From Sphingopyxis sp. (lineage in GTDB: Bacteria > Pseudomonadota > Alphaproteobacteria > Sphingomonadales > Sphingomonadaceae): 64,000 nt of DNA. Position numbers and translations under genes: made by a program. The notes beneath the pieces were generated by a model, which saw only the letters and a program-made list of their open reading frames with translations, did not search any database and had not been told where the DNA came from. Below are positions 21,460 to 29,264 of the stretch, piece after piece. The stretch covers positions 21,055 through 85,054 of the forward strand of contig NZ_JAXMPB010000012.1 in the NCBI RefSeq assembly GCF_034380315.1. Reading direction: 5' to 3'. Each line of letters opens with the position of its first letter. The stretch's first letter is position 1.

Positions 21460-22071
21460 ATGATGGTGTTTTCGGGCGTTCTGACGGCGGCCGTGCTGGC
21501 AGCAACGGCACAGGTCGATCCCGCCGCCGACACGGTAGCGCCGACGGCCAAAACCGCACCATCGGCCGAAACGGAAACGGCGCCGCCCCCCGAAATCGAA
21601 ACCCAAACCGCGATCGATGCCGCGCCGGCCACGCTGTTGGTGCCGCGCGACACGCCGGTTCATTTCATGGTGCTGTCCGAAGTGACCACCAAGACCCATG
21701 GCCCCGGCCATCGTTTCAAGCTGCGTGTCGATCGCCCCGTCGTCATCGACGGTCATATCGCCATTCCGGTGGGCGCGACCGGTTGGGGCGAAGTGACCGA
21801 TGCCGAATCGAGCGGCAATGTCGGCAAGTCCGGCAAGCTTTCGGCCCGGCTGCTTTATGTCGAGGCGAAGGACGTACAGGTTCCGGTAAACGGGACCAAC
21901 AGCGCCAAGGGCGCGGGCGGCACGGGCGAAACCGTACTCGGCGTCCTTGCCCTCGGGCCGCTCGGCCTGTTCGCCAAGGGCAATAATGCGAAGATCAAGG
22001 CGGGCGAACTGATGACCGGATTTGTCGAACAGGATACGGCGATCGCCATGCCCGCGACCGCCGGTCAATGA
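21460..22071 (+). CDS. Secreted hypothetical protein, VirB10/TrbI-like beta domain
   Basis: 3' part of track ORF 21037..22071; signal peptide, Pro/Ala/Thr linker, AIPVGATGWGEV...GKSGKLSARLLYV, hydrophobic helix, KIKAG. Confidence 0.65.
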   Translation: MMVFSGVLTAAVLAATAQVDPAADTVAPTAKTAPSAETETAPPPEIETQTAIDAAPATLLVPRDTPVHFMVLSEVTTKTHGPGHRFKLRVDRPVVIDGHIAIPVGATGWGEVTDAESSGNVGKSGKLSARLLYVEAKDVQVPVNGTNSAKGAGGTGETVLGVLALGPLGLFAKGNNAKIKAGELMTGFVEQDTAIAMPATAGQ

Positions 22072-22613
22072 CGGCGTTTCTCGCGCTGCTGCTGGTCGGC
22101 GGCGCCCAGACGGCGGGCCCGCCGCCGCCGTCCCCCCTGCCCCCGTCCACCCTGCCCCCGTCCCCGGTCGTCGAGGCATCGGCCGATCGGTTGAAGATTC
22201 CCGGCGGCAGCGCGATCGAACTCGTCACCCGCGACGCGGTGTCGAGCAAGCGCAACGTGAAGGGCGACCTGTTGTTCCTGTCGGTCGCCACGCCGGTCCT
22301 GTCCGGTGACAGCGTTGCGATACCCGCCGGTGCCACGGTCGTCGCCGAGCTGTCGCGGGTCGACAAGCGAAACACCTTTGGCCGGTCGGGCAAGATCGAC
22401 GTCCGCTTGCTCTATGTCGAGTTGCCCGGCGGACCGGCGCGCATCCACGGGTCGCTGGAAGCGCGCGGCAAGAGCGATGCTGGTGATGCCGCCGCAACCG
22501 CCGTCGCCTTCATCGCCCTGCCCTTTGTCGCGACCGGGCGCAGCGCCGAGATTCCGGCCGGAACCCCGGTCGTCGGACGGATCGACAGCGACATGTGGAT
22601 CGACCGGCGCTGA
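22068..22613 (+). CDS. Tandem paralog of the preceding VirB10/TrbI-like protein
   Basis: AIPAGATVVAEL...GRSGKIDVRLLYV...EIPAG; ATGA overlap with upstream gene. Confidence 0.65.
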   Translation: MTAFLALLLVGGAQTAGPPPPSPLPPSTLPPSPVVEASADRLKIPGGSAIELVTRDAVSSKRNVKGDLLFLSVATPVLSGDSVAIPAGATVVAELSRVDKRNTFGRSGKIDVRLLYVELPGGPARIHGSLEARGKSDAGDAAATAVAFIALPFVATGRSAEIPAGTPVVGRIDSDMWIDRR

Positions 22614-22788
22614 ATCCCGCCCCCGCACCCCGACGGGTGACAACCCCCGCCCCCCTCGTTACAACCGCCCCCGTGCAGCAGGGACTCGCGGCCTGACGAC
22701 GGGGAGCGCTGCGCGAAACTATGCCGAGGGTCGCCGGCATATTCTGGGGCCGTGCCATGATGGCGCGCAAGCAGAGGGGCGACTTTGC

Positions 22789-24435
22789 ATGAAAAAAGCA
22801 TCCGACCTGTTCATCGACTGCCTGGAAGAAGAAGGCGTCGAGTATATTTTCGGCGTGCCGGGCGAGGAGAATCTGGATTTCCTGGACAGCCTGTCGCGGT
22901 CGACGAAGATCAAGCTGATCCTGACACGCCACGAACAGGGGGCGGGCTTTATGGCCGCGACCTATGGCCGGCACACCGGAAAGACCGGCGTGTGCCTGGC
23001 GACGCTAGGCCCCGGCGCGACCAATTTCGTCACCGCCGCCGCCTATGCGCAGCTCGGCGGGATGCCGATGATGATGATCACCGGGCAAAAGCCGATCAAG
23101 AAATCGAAACAGGGCCGGTTCCAGATTCTGGACGTCTGTTCGATGATGTCGCCGATCACCAAATATACCCACCAGATGGCGAGTTCGGACAATATTCCGA
23201 GCCGCGTGCGCGAGGCCTTTCGTCTGGCCGAAGAGGAAAAGCCGGGCGCCGTGCACATCGAACTGCCCGAGGATATCGCCGACGAACATACCGAATCGAC
23301 GCCGCTGAAACGCAGCCTTTCGCGCCGCCCGACCGCCGATGTAAAATCGGTGCGCGAGGCGGTGAAGGCGCTGGAAAAGGCCAAATGCCCGGTACTGGTG
23401 ATCGGCGCGGGCGCCAACCGGACGATGACCAGCCGGATGCTGCTGCAATTCATCGAAAAGACCGGCATCCCCTTTTTGACCACCCAGCTCGGCAAGGGGG
23501 TGATCGACGAACGCCACCCCAAATTCCTGGGCTGTGCCGCCCTGAGCGCGGGCGATTTCGTCCACCGCGCGGTCGAGGCGTCCGACTGTATCGTCAATGT
23601 CGGGCATGACGTGATCGAAAAGCCGCCCTTTTTCATGAAACAGGGCGGCCCGACGGTGATCCATGTTTCGACCAAGACCGCCGAGGTCGATCCCGTTTAT
23701 TTCCCCGATATCGAAGTGATCGGCGACATCGCCAACGCGATCTGGCAGATCAAGGAGGATATCGTCCCCAACGGTGGATGGAAATTCGACCATCTGCTGG
23801 CCTATCGCAGGGCCGAGGTCGATCACACCGCGCCGCTGGCAGAGGATGCGCGCTTTCCGATCTTTCCGCCGCATCTGGTGCAACAGGTGCGCGACGCCAT
23901 GCCCGACGACGGGATCATCTGTCTCGACAATGGCGTCTATAAAATCTGGTTCGCGCGCGGTTACACCGCCTATCGCCCGAACACGGTGCTGCTCGACAAT
24001 GCGCTGGCGACGATGGGCGCCGGGCTGCCCAGCGCGATGATGTCGGCGATGCTGTACCCCGAGCGCAAGGTCATGGCGATCTGCGGCGACGGCGGTTTCA
24101 TGATGAACAGCCAGGAGATGGAGACCGCGGTGCGCCTGGGGCTCAACATCACCGTGCTGATCCTGAACGACAACAGCTATGGCATGATCCGCTGGAAACA
24201 GGCGAACATGGGGTTCAAGGATTGGGGGCTGACCTATGGCAACCCCGATTTCGTCAAATATGCCGAAAGCTATGGCGCGCACGGCCACCGCGTGACGAGC
24301 GCGGCGCATCTGGCCGAATTGCTGGCGCATACCCGCGACACGCCGGGCGTACACCTGATAGATTGTCCAGTGGACTATTCGGAGAATGACCAGATTTTGA
24401 ACATCGACATCAAGGCGTTGTCGAAGGAGCTGTAA
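22789..24435 (+). CDS. ThDP-dependent enzyme, acetolactate-synthase-large-subunit-like (possible 2-oxoacid decarboxylase)
   Basis: FGVPGEEN, RHEQGAGF, TLGPGATN, ThDP motif GDGGF...NDN. Confidence 0.92.
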   Translation: MKKASDLFIDCLEEEGVEYIFGVPGEENLDFLDSLSRSTKIKLILTRHEQGAGFMAATYGRHTGKTGVCLATLGPGATNFVTAAAYAQLGGMPMMMITGQKPIKKSKQGRFQILDVCSMMSPITKYTHQMASSDNIPSRVREAFRLAEEEKPGAVHIELPEDIADEHTESTPLKRSLSRRPTADVKSVREAVKALEKAKCPVLVIGAGANRTMTSRMLLQFIEKTGIPFLTTQLGKGVIDERHPKFLGCAALSAGDFVHRAVEASDCIVNVGHDVIEKPPFFMKQGGPTVIHVSTKTAEVDPVYFPDIEVIGDIANAIWQIKEDIVPNGGWKFDHLLAYRRAEVDHTAPLAEDARFPIFPPHLVQQVRDAMPDDGIICLDNGVYKIWFARGYTAYRPNTVLLDNALATMGAGLPSAMMSAMLYPERKVMAICGDGGFMMNSQEMETAVRLGLNITVLILNDNSYGMIRWKQANMGFKDWGLTYGNPDFVKYAESYGAHGHRVTSAAHLAELLAHTRDTPGVHLIDCPVDYSENDQILNIDIKALSKEL

Positions 24436-24442
24436 GCCCGAT

Positions 24443-24561
24443 TTCCCCTTCCGCCCACGGAAGGGGAAGCAAGAGCGGCGCGTTCGCTCGCCAGTCGCGA
24501 CGGGGCGGGCCATCCGCGCTGTTGCCGGCCCACCCCCAACCCCTTCCGCTAGCGGGAGGGG
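24443..24561. repeat. Double-hairpin REP-like element (CCCCTCCCGC..GCGGGAGGGG family)
   Basis: Hairpins TTCCCCTTCCG/CGGAAGGGGAA (24443-24468) and CCCCTTCCGCT/AGCGGGAGGGG; 24527-24561 is 33/35 identical to 29165-29199. Confidence 0.85.
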
Positions 24562-24572
24562 GGAGAAATCGA

Positions 24573-26006
24573 ATGACACTCAAGTCCGTCTATCCGCTCT
24601 ATCTCAACAACAAGGCGGCCCAGCCGAACGCCGACCTGGCCGTCACCGACAAGTTCACCGGCGAGGTCGCGTTCCGCACCGCGCTTGCGACCCCCGACGT
24701 CATCGACGAAGCCATTGCGGGCGCCGTGCGGGCCGCCGAGCCGATGGCGCGGCTCGCGAGTTTTGAAAAACAGGATGTGCTGAACCATTGCGTCGCCCGT
24801 TTCCGCGAGCGTTTCGACGAGCTGGCCTATGCGCTGTGCATCGAGGCGGGCAAGCCGATCGCCGATGCCGAGGGCGAGGTCAGCCGGCTGATCGATACGT
24901 TTCGCATCGCCGCCGAGGAAGCGGTGCGCAATTATGGCGAAATCCAGCCGCTCGACATTTCGGCGCGGGCGAAGGGATATATGGGGATGTGGAAGCGGGT
25001 GCCGATCGGCCCGTGCAGCTTTATCTCTCCCTTCAACTTTCCCTTGAACCTGGCCGCGCACAAGATCGCGCCCGCGATCGCGATCGGCTGTCCCTTTGTC
25101 ATGAAGCCCGCGTCGATGACCCCGCTCGGCGCGATCATCATGGGCGAGATACTCGCCGAATGCGATATCCTGCCCGAAGGCGCGTTCAGCATCCTGCCCG
25201 CGAGCCGCGACGGCGCCGACCTGTTCACCACCGATGAACGGTTGAAGCTGCTGTCCTTTACCGGATCGCCGGGGGTCGGCTGGGATTTGAAGGCCAAGGC
25301 GGGAAAGAAGAAGGTCGTGCTGGAGCTTGGCGGCAACGCCGCGGTCATCGTCGACAAGGACGCCGACCTCGATCATGCGCTCGCCCGCATCGTCTTTGGT
25401 GGTTATTATCAGTCGGGGCAAAGCTGCATCCACGTCCAGCGCGTGATCATCCATGCCGAGGTGTACGACCGTTTTCGCGACATGCTGAGCGCAAAGGTCA
25501 AGACACTGAAATCGGGCGATCCCAAGCATCGCGAAACCTTTATCGGTCCGATGATCTCCGCCAAGGAAGCGGCACGGCTGAAGGGATGGATCGACGCCGC
25601 GGTCGCCGGGGGCGCGACCCTGCTCGCGGGCGGCGGCTGCGCGGGCAATATGCTGGAGGCGGCGCTGCTGGAAAATGTTCCCCGCGACGCCGATGTGGTG
25701 GTCGAGGAAGCCTTCGGCCCCGTCGTCGTGCTGTCGAAGTTCAGCGAATGGGACGCCGCGCTGGCCGAGGTCAACGACAGCAAGTTCGGCCTGCAAGCCG
25801 GCATCTTCACGCGCGACATCCACAAGGTTCTGGAGGCGTGGGACCATCTCGACGTCGGGGGCATCGTCGTCAACGACGTGTCGTCCTATCGCGTCGACAA
25901 CATGCCCTATGGCGGGGTGAAGGATTCGGGCCTCGGCCGCGAGGGCATTCGTTTCGCGATGGAGGATATGAGCGAAATCCGCAATCTGGTGATCCGGCGG
26001 GCCTGA
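24573..26006 (+). CDS. NAD(P)-dependent aldehyde dehydrogenase
   Basis: PFNFPLN, FTGS, ELGGNA, GQSC catalytic Cys, EEAFGP. Confidence 0.95.
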   Translation: MTLKSVYPLYLNNKAAQPNADLAVTDKFTGEVAFRTALATPDVIDEAIAGAVRAAEPMARLASFEKQDVLNHCVARFRERFDELAYALCIEAGKPIADAEGEVSRLIDTFRIAAEEAVRNYGEIQPLDISARAKGYMGMWKRVPIGPCSFISPFNFPLNLAAHKIAPAIAIGCPFVMKPASMTPLGAIIMGEILAECDILPEGAFSILPASRDGADLFTTDERLKLLSFTGSPGVGWDLKAKAGKKKVVLELGGNAAVIVDKDADLDHALARIVFGGYYQSGQSCIHVQRVIIHAEVYDRFRDMLSAKVKTLKSGDPKHRETFIGPMISAKEAARLKGWIDAAVAGGATLLAGGGCAGNMLEAALLENVPRDADVVVEEAFGPVVVLSKFSEWDAALAEVNDSKFGLQAGIFTRDIHKVLEAWDHLDVGGIVVNDVSSYRVDNMPYGGVKDSGLGREGIRFAMEDMSEIRNLVIRRA

Positions 26007-26020
26007 CCCGCAGCCTGGCG

Positions 26021-26078
26021 CATCATGGCAAGCGCCGCGAAGCAATCCAGGGCGGTTCGCGCTGCCTGGATTGCCGCG
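26021..26078. repeat. Degenerate REP-like palindrome (GCGAAGCAATCCAG..CTGGATTGC family)
   Basis: CGCGAAGCAATCCAGG-N13-CCTGGATTGCCGCG. Confidence 0.7.
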
Positions 26079-26147
26079 ACCCCTTCGTCCCGGTCCGCCC
26101 CGGTCCGGACGAGCGACCGCCCCGACCGTCACCGAAGCGCCGCGAAA

Positions 26148-26165
26148 CTTTCTTCAAATTGTCGC
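26148..26165 (+). promoter_or_regulatory. Possible Pho box
   Basis: CTTTCTT-CAAA-TTGTCGC against consensus CTGTCAT-N4-CTGTCAT; further half-sites CCGTCAC at 26126 and CTGTAAC at 26182 in near-11-bp phase; lies upstream of plcP. Confidence 0.35.
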
Positions 26166-26239
26166 GGCTTTGAATCGAACGCTGTAACATTTCGCGTGTC
26201 TAGGCCGTGGGCAGCCCAAGGCTGCCTACGGAGTGCGAC

Positions 26240-27121
26240 ATGGCCTCGATTTCGACCCTGCCCATCCCCGCCCGCTTTCCCGACCCCTATACGACCAAGC
26301 CGCATGTGCCCGAACGGGTGATCGGCGAGCGCCGCAGCTATCGCGCCGTCTGGGTCAGCGACGTCCATCTGGGAACCCGCGGGTGCAACGCCGCGCTGCT
26401 GATCGACTTTCTCGACCATGTCGATTGCGAGACGCTGTATCTGGTCGGCGACATCATCGACGGCTGGCGGCTCAAGAAACGGCATTTCTGGCCGCCTGAA
26501 CACAATGACGTCGTGTGGCGGGTGCTGAAGCGCGCCAAGCGCGGCGAGCGCGTCATCTATGTCCCCGGCAATCATGACGAGATGGTCAAGCCGTTCGACG
26601 GTTTCGATTTCGGCGGCGTCCAGATCCGGCGCGAGGCAATCCACGAAACCGCCACCGGACGCCGGTTGCTGGTCGTCCACGGCGATGAATTCGACGCGGT
26701 GATGCTGGCGCACCGCTGGCTGGCCTTCGTCGGCGACGCCGCCTACACCGCGTTGATGAAGGCCAATGTGCTGGTCAATGCGGTGCGCAGCAAATTGGGT
26801 CTGCCCTATTGGTCGCTGTCGATGGTCGCCAAGCACAAGGTCAAGAATGCGGTCCAGTTCATCGGCCGTTACGAAGAGGTCGTCGCGCACGCCGCGCGAT
26901 CGCGCGGGGTCGACGGGGTGGTGTGCGGGCACATCCACAGCGCCGAAATGCGCGCGATCGACGGCGTCGATTATTATAATGACGGCGACTGGGTCGAAGG
27001 ATGCACCGCGCTGGTCGAGCATCACGACGGGCGCATGGAAATCCTGCACTGGGCCGACGAGGTCGCGGCGCGCGACGCCCCGGCCCCCATCGCGCTCGCC
27101 GCGTCGGCGCGGGCCGCGTGA
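26240..27121 (+). CDS. plcP: PlcP-type metallophosphoesterase/phospholipase C (often auto-annotated LpxH-like)
   Basis: SDVHLG, GDIIDGW, GNHD, HGDEFD, CGHIH, NDGDWVE; adjacent to an Agt-like glycosyltransferase. Confidence 0.8.
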   Translation: MASISTLPIPARFPDPYTTKPHVPERVIGERRSYRAVWVSDVHLGTRGCNAALLIDFLDHVDCETLYLVGDIIDGWRLKKRHFWPPEHNDVVWRVLKRAKRGERVIYVPGNHDEMVKPFDGFDFGGVQIRREAIHETATGRRLLVVHGDEFDAVMLAHRWLAFVGDAAYTALMKANVLVNAVRSKLGLPYWSLSMVAKHKVKNAVQFIGRYEEVVAHAARSRGVDGVVCGHIHSAEMRAIDGVDYYNDGDWVEGCTALVEHHDGRMEILHWADEVAARDAPAPIALAASARAA

Positions 27122-27134
27122 GGGGCCGGACGGC

Positions 27135-28184
27135 ATGAAGATATTGATCGTCAGCGACGCCTGGGAACCGCAGGTCAATGGGGTGGTCCGCACGCTGCAG
27201 GCGACGCTCGCCGAACTGCGCGTGGCGGGGCATGAGGTCGCGGTGATTTCGCCCGGCCTGTTCCGGTCGGTCCCCTGCCCCACCTATGGCGAAATCCGCC
27301 TCGCGCTGGCCGGCGCGCGCAGCGTCGGGCGGCATATCGCCGCCTTTGCCCCGCAGGCGATCCATATATCGACCGAGGGACCGCTGGGCCTGGCGGCGCG
27401 GCGCTGGTGCTTGCGCAACCGCTTTCCCTTTACCACCGCCTATCACACGCGCTTTCCCGAATATGTCGCGGCGCGCCTGCCCGTCCCGCCCGCGCTGGTG
27501 TGGCGTTTCATCCGGTGGTTCCACCGCCCGGCGCAGCATATCATGGTCGCAACGCGCAGCCTGGCACGCGAGCTGGCCGAACAGGGCCTGCCGCAGACGA
27601 TGATGTGGGAACGCGGCGTCGATCACGCCCTGTTTCGCCCCGACCGTGCCGCCCACCCCGCCCTTGCGGACCTGCCCCGCCCCATCCAGCTTTATGTCGG
27701 GCGCGTCGCGGTCGAGAAGAATATCGGCGCCTTTCTGGACACCGCGCATCCGGGAACCAAGGTGGTGGTCGGCGACGGCCCGGCGCTGGCCGCGCTTCGC
27801 GCCCGCCATCCCGGCGCCGTCTTTCTGGGCAAGCTGGGCGGTGACGATCTTGCCGCCGCCTATGCCGGGGCCGATGTTTTCGTGTTTCCCAGCCGCACCG
27901 ACACATTCGGGCTGGTGGTGATCGAGGCGCTGTCGTGCGGAACCCCGGTCGCCGCCTATCCGGTACCGGGACCGGGCGATATCGTGACCGGCGGCGCCGG
28001 CGCGCTCGACGAAAAACTGGGCCATGCCATCGCCCGGGCGCTGGCCTGCGACCGCGCCGACGCCGCGGCGCTCGGCGCCCGCTATAGCTGGGCGGGATGC
28101 ACGGCGCAGTTCGTCCGCGCGCTGACCTTTGTACCGGGCGATCCACTGCCCGGCACCGCCGCGCCGCTCGGCGTCGCGGCCTGA
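27135..28184 (+). CDS. GT4 glycosyltransferase, Agt-like glycolipid synthase
   Basis: MKILIVSDAWEPQVNGVVRTL, HISTEGPLG, YVGRVAVEKN, FPSRTDTFGLVVIEALSCG. Confidence 0.9.
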   Translation: MKILIVSDAWEPQVNGVVRTLQATLAELRVAGHEVAVISPGLFRSVPCPTYGEIRLALAGARSVGRHIAAFAPQAIHISTEGPLGLAARRWCLRNRFPFTTAYHTRFPEYVAARLPVPPALVWRFIRWFHRPAQHIMVATRSLARELAEQGLPQTMMWERGVDHALFRPDRAAHPALADLPRPIQLYVGRVAVEKNIGAFLDTAHPGTKVVVGDGPALAALRARHPGAVFLGKLGGDDLAAAYAGADVFVFPSRTDTFGLVVIEALSCGTPVAAYPVPGPGDIVTGGAGALDEKLGHAIARALACDRADAAALGARYSWAGCTAQFVRALTFVPGDPLPGTAAPLGVAA

Positions 28185-28237
28185 ACGGCGCGGTTTCCCG
28201 ATCGGCGGAAGGCCGGTTTTGGGGTGGAAAGCGGACA

Positions 28238-28687
28238 TCAGCCGCGTAATTTTTGACGCTGCCAACTTTCTCGACGAGCTAGGTGAGAGATCGATTTGAA
28301 GTAGCTCGTCCCTGCCCAGAGGTAATAGACTAGAATGGGCCCAAGGATGAACGCGGCTACCCAGAAATTGTCCCGCAAGAGATTGTAACCGCCGCTGCCT
28401 AAGAGCACAGCCGCGGCGCCGAAACAACCTAGATAGCCGCATCGGAACAATGCCCCGAGTGGGCTGAATGCCCGTCGCTCGACGTCGTCGCTGTCCTGAT
28501 CAAAATACAGTGCCCCAATTCGCGCTGCTGCCTGAGATGTCGACGCTTCGACACCCGCAGCAAATGCAATGATGAACAGCGCCCATGCCACTGGAGTTTC
28601 GTCAAATAGGAGCCGCGCGCCTACACTCAGCGTGAGTGCTATTCCCGCCACAAGCCACAGAAAATTTGGAGAACGGTGATCAAGCAT
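28238..28687 (-). CDS. Low-GC hypothetical membrane protein (about 4 TM, 149 aa)
   Basis: ATG 28687 in track ORF 28238..28804; spot GC 52-55% in lines 28261, 28321, 28561 vs 68-85% in lines 27961-28081. Confidence 0.7.
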   Translation of the reverse strand: MLDHRSPNFLWLVAGIALTLSVGARLLFDETPVAWALFIIAFAAGVEASTSQAAARIGALYFDQDSDDVERRAFSPLGALFRCGYLGCFGAAAVLLGSGGYNLLRDNFWVAAFILGPILVYYLWAGTSYFKSISHLARRESWQRQKLRG

Positions 28688-28798
28688 GGTGTGAGTGTGC
28701 CCCGTTACACCAATGTCCGCAATCGGTCGTTTCCTGCCATTCAATCCAAATCGGTGGTGAACGGCGACTTTGGGGGGCAAGCGGACGTTGCCCTCCTT

Positions 28799-28890
28799 CG
28801 TCATCCAGGACTTGATCCGGGATCCCGCTCTTTTGAGGCGCGGATCGCCTTCGATCTCAAGCGGGACCCCGGATCAAGTCCGGGGTGACG
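28799..28890. repeat. REP-like inverted repeat (CGTCATCCCGGACTTGATCCGGGATCC family)
   Basis: 31-nt arms CGTCATCCAGGACTTGATCCGGGATCCCGCT / AGCGGGACCCCGGATCAAGTCCGGGGTGACG. Confidence 0.9.
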
Positions 28891-28947
28891 ATGATGGATA
28901 GGTCAACTTCCGGTCGCAACCGCTCGCTAGCCGACGCACCTCCTTTT

Positions 28948-29030
28948 CCGTTCGTGTCGCGCGAAGTCGAGACACCCATCGATGCGGCGCCCGGCCCGAG
29001 GGGCATCTCGACTTCGCTCGATGCGAACGG
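28948..29030. repeat. REP-like inverted repeat (CCGTTCG..GAAGTCGAGA family)
   Basis: 25-nt arms CCGTTCGTGTCGCGCGAAGTCGAGA / TCTCGACTTCGCTCGATGCGAACGG. Confidence 0.9.
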
Positions 29031-29124
29031 GTTGAGGAGGCGGAGACGGCGGCTTCGGGGTCGTTTGCTGCCATGCGATCCAGATCGGCATGAAAAGCCG
29101 AAATGGCGTGGTCGGCTGCCCCGT

Positions 29125-29199
29125 TGCGCAAGCGCAGCGGGGTGGGCAAGAGCTCACCGCGGCTGGCCCACCCCCAACCCCTCCCGCTTGCGGGAGGGG
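29125..29199. repeat. Partial REP-like element of the CCCCTCCCGCTTGCGGGAGGGG family
   Basis: GGGGTGGG...CCCACCCC stem and terminal hairpin; 33/35 identical to 24527-24561. Confidence 0.85.
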
Positions 29200-29264
29200 A
29201 GAAGCGTGGCCGCAACCGGCCATGTAGCCGGCGCGGCGAACAGTCCGGGCGCGAGGGACAGGGG

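Larger units (their letters stand above)
28209..29122 (+). repeat. Array of six co-oriented degenerate ~29-nt palindromic units (consensus about AAYGKCSGCTTYGGGGTCGWWWGCKGMCRT)
   Basis: Units at 28209-28238, 28712-28740, 28760-28788, 28899-28927, 29045-29074, 29094-29122; two unit pairs have 19-nt linkers; 28725-28754 vs 29059-29088 match 26/30. Confidence 0.75.

Noticed and set aside
22721-22792. 23-codon uORF overlapping the ThDP-enzyme start (MPRVAGIFWGRAMMARKQRGDFA) as an ilv attenuator
   Set aside because: No Ile/Leu/Val run and no terminator; may be chance
26240-27121. Literal lpxH (lipid A biosynthesis)
   Set aside because: Context with an Agt-like GT and the probable sphingomonad host fit PlcP better
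28209-29122. CRISPR array or classical integron attC array
   Set aside because: Repeats are too degenerate with spacers from 19 to about 470 nt and no cas gene; no RYYYAAC/GTTRRRY boxes and no intI. Kept as a distinct unnamed array.
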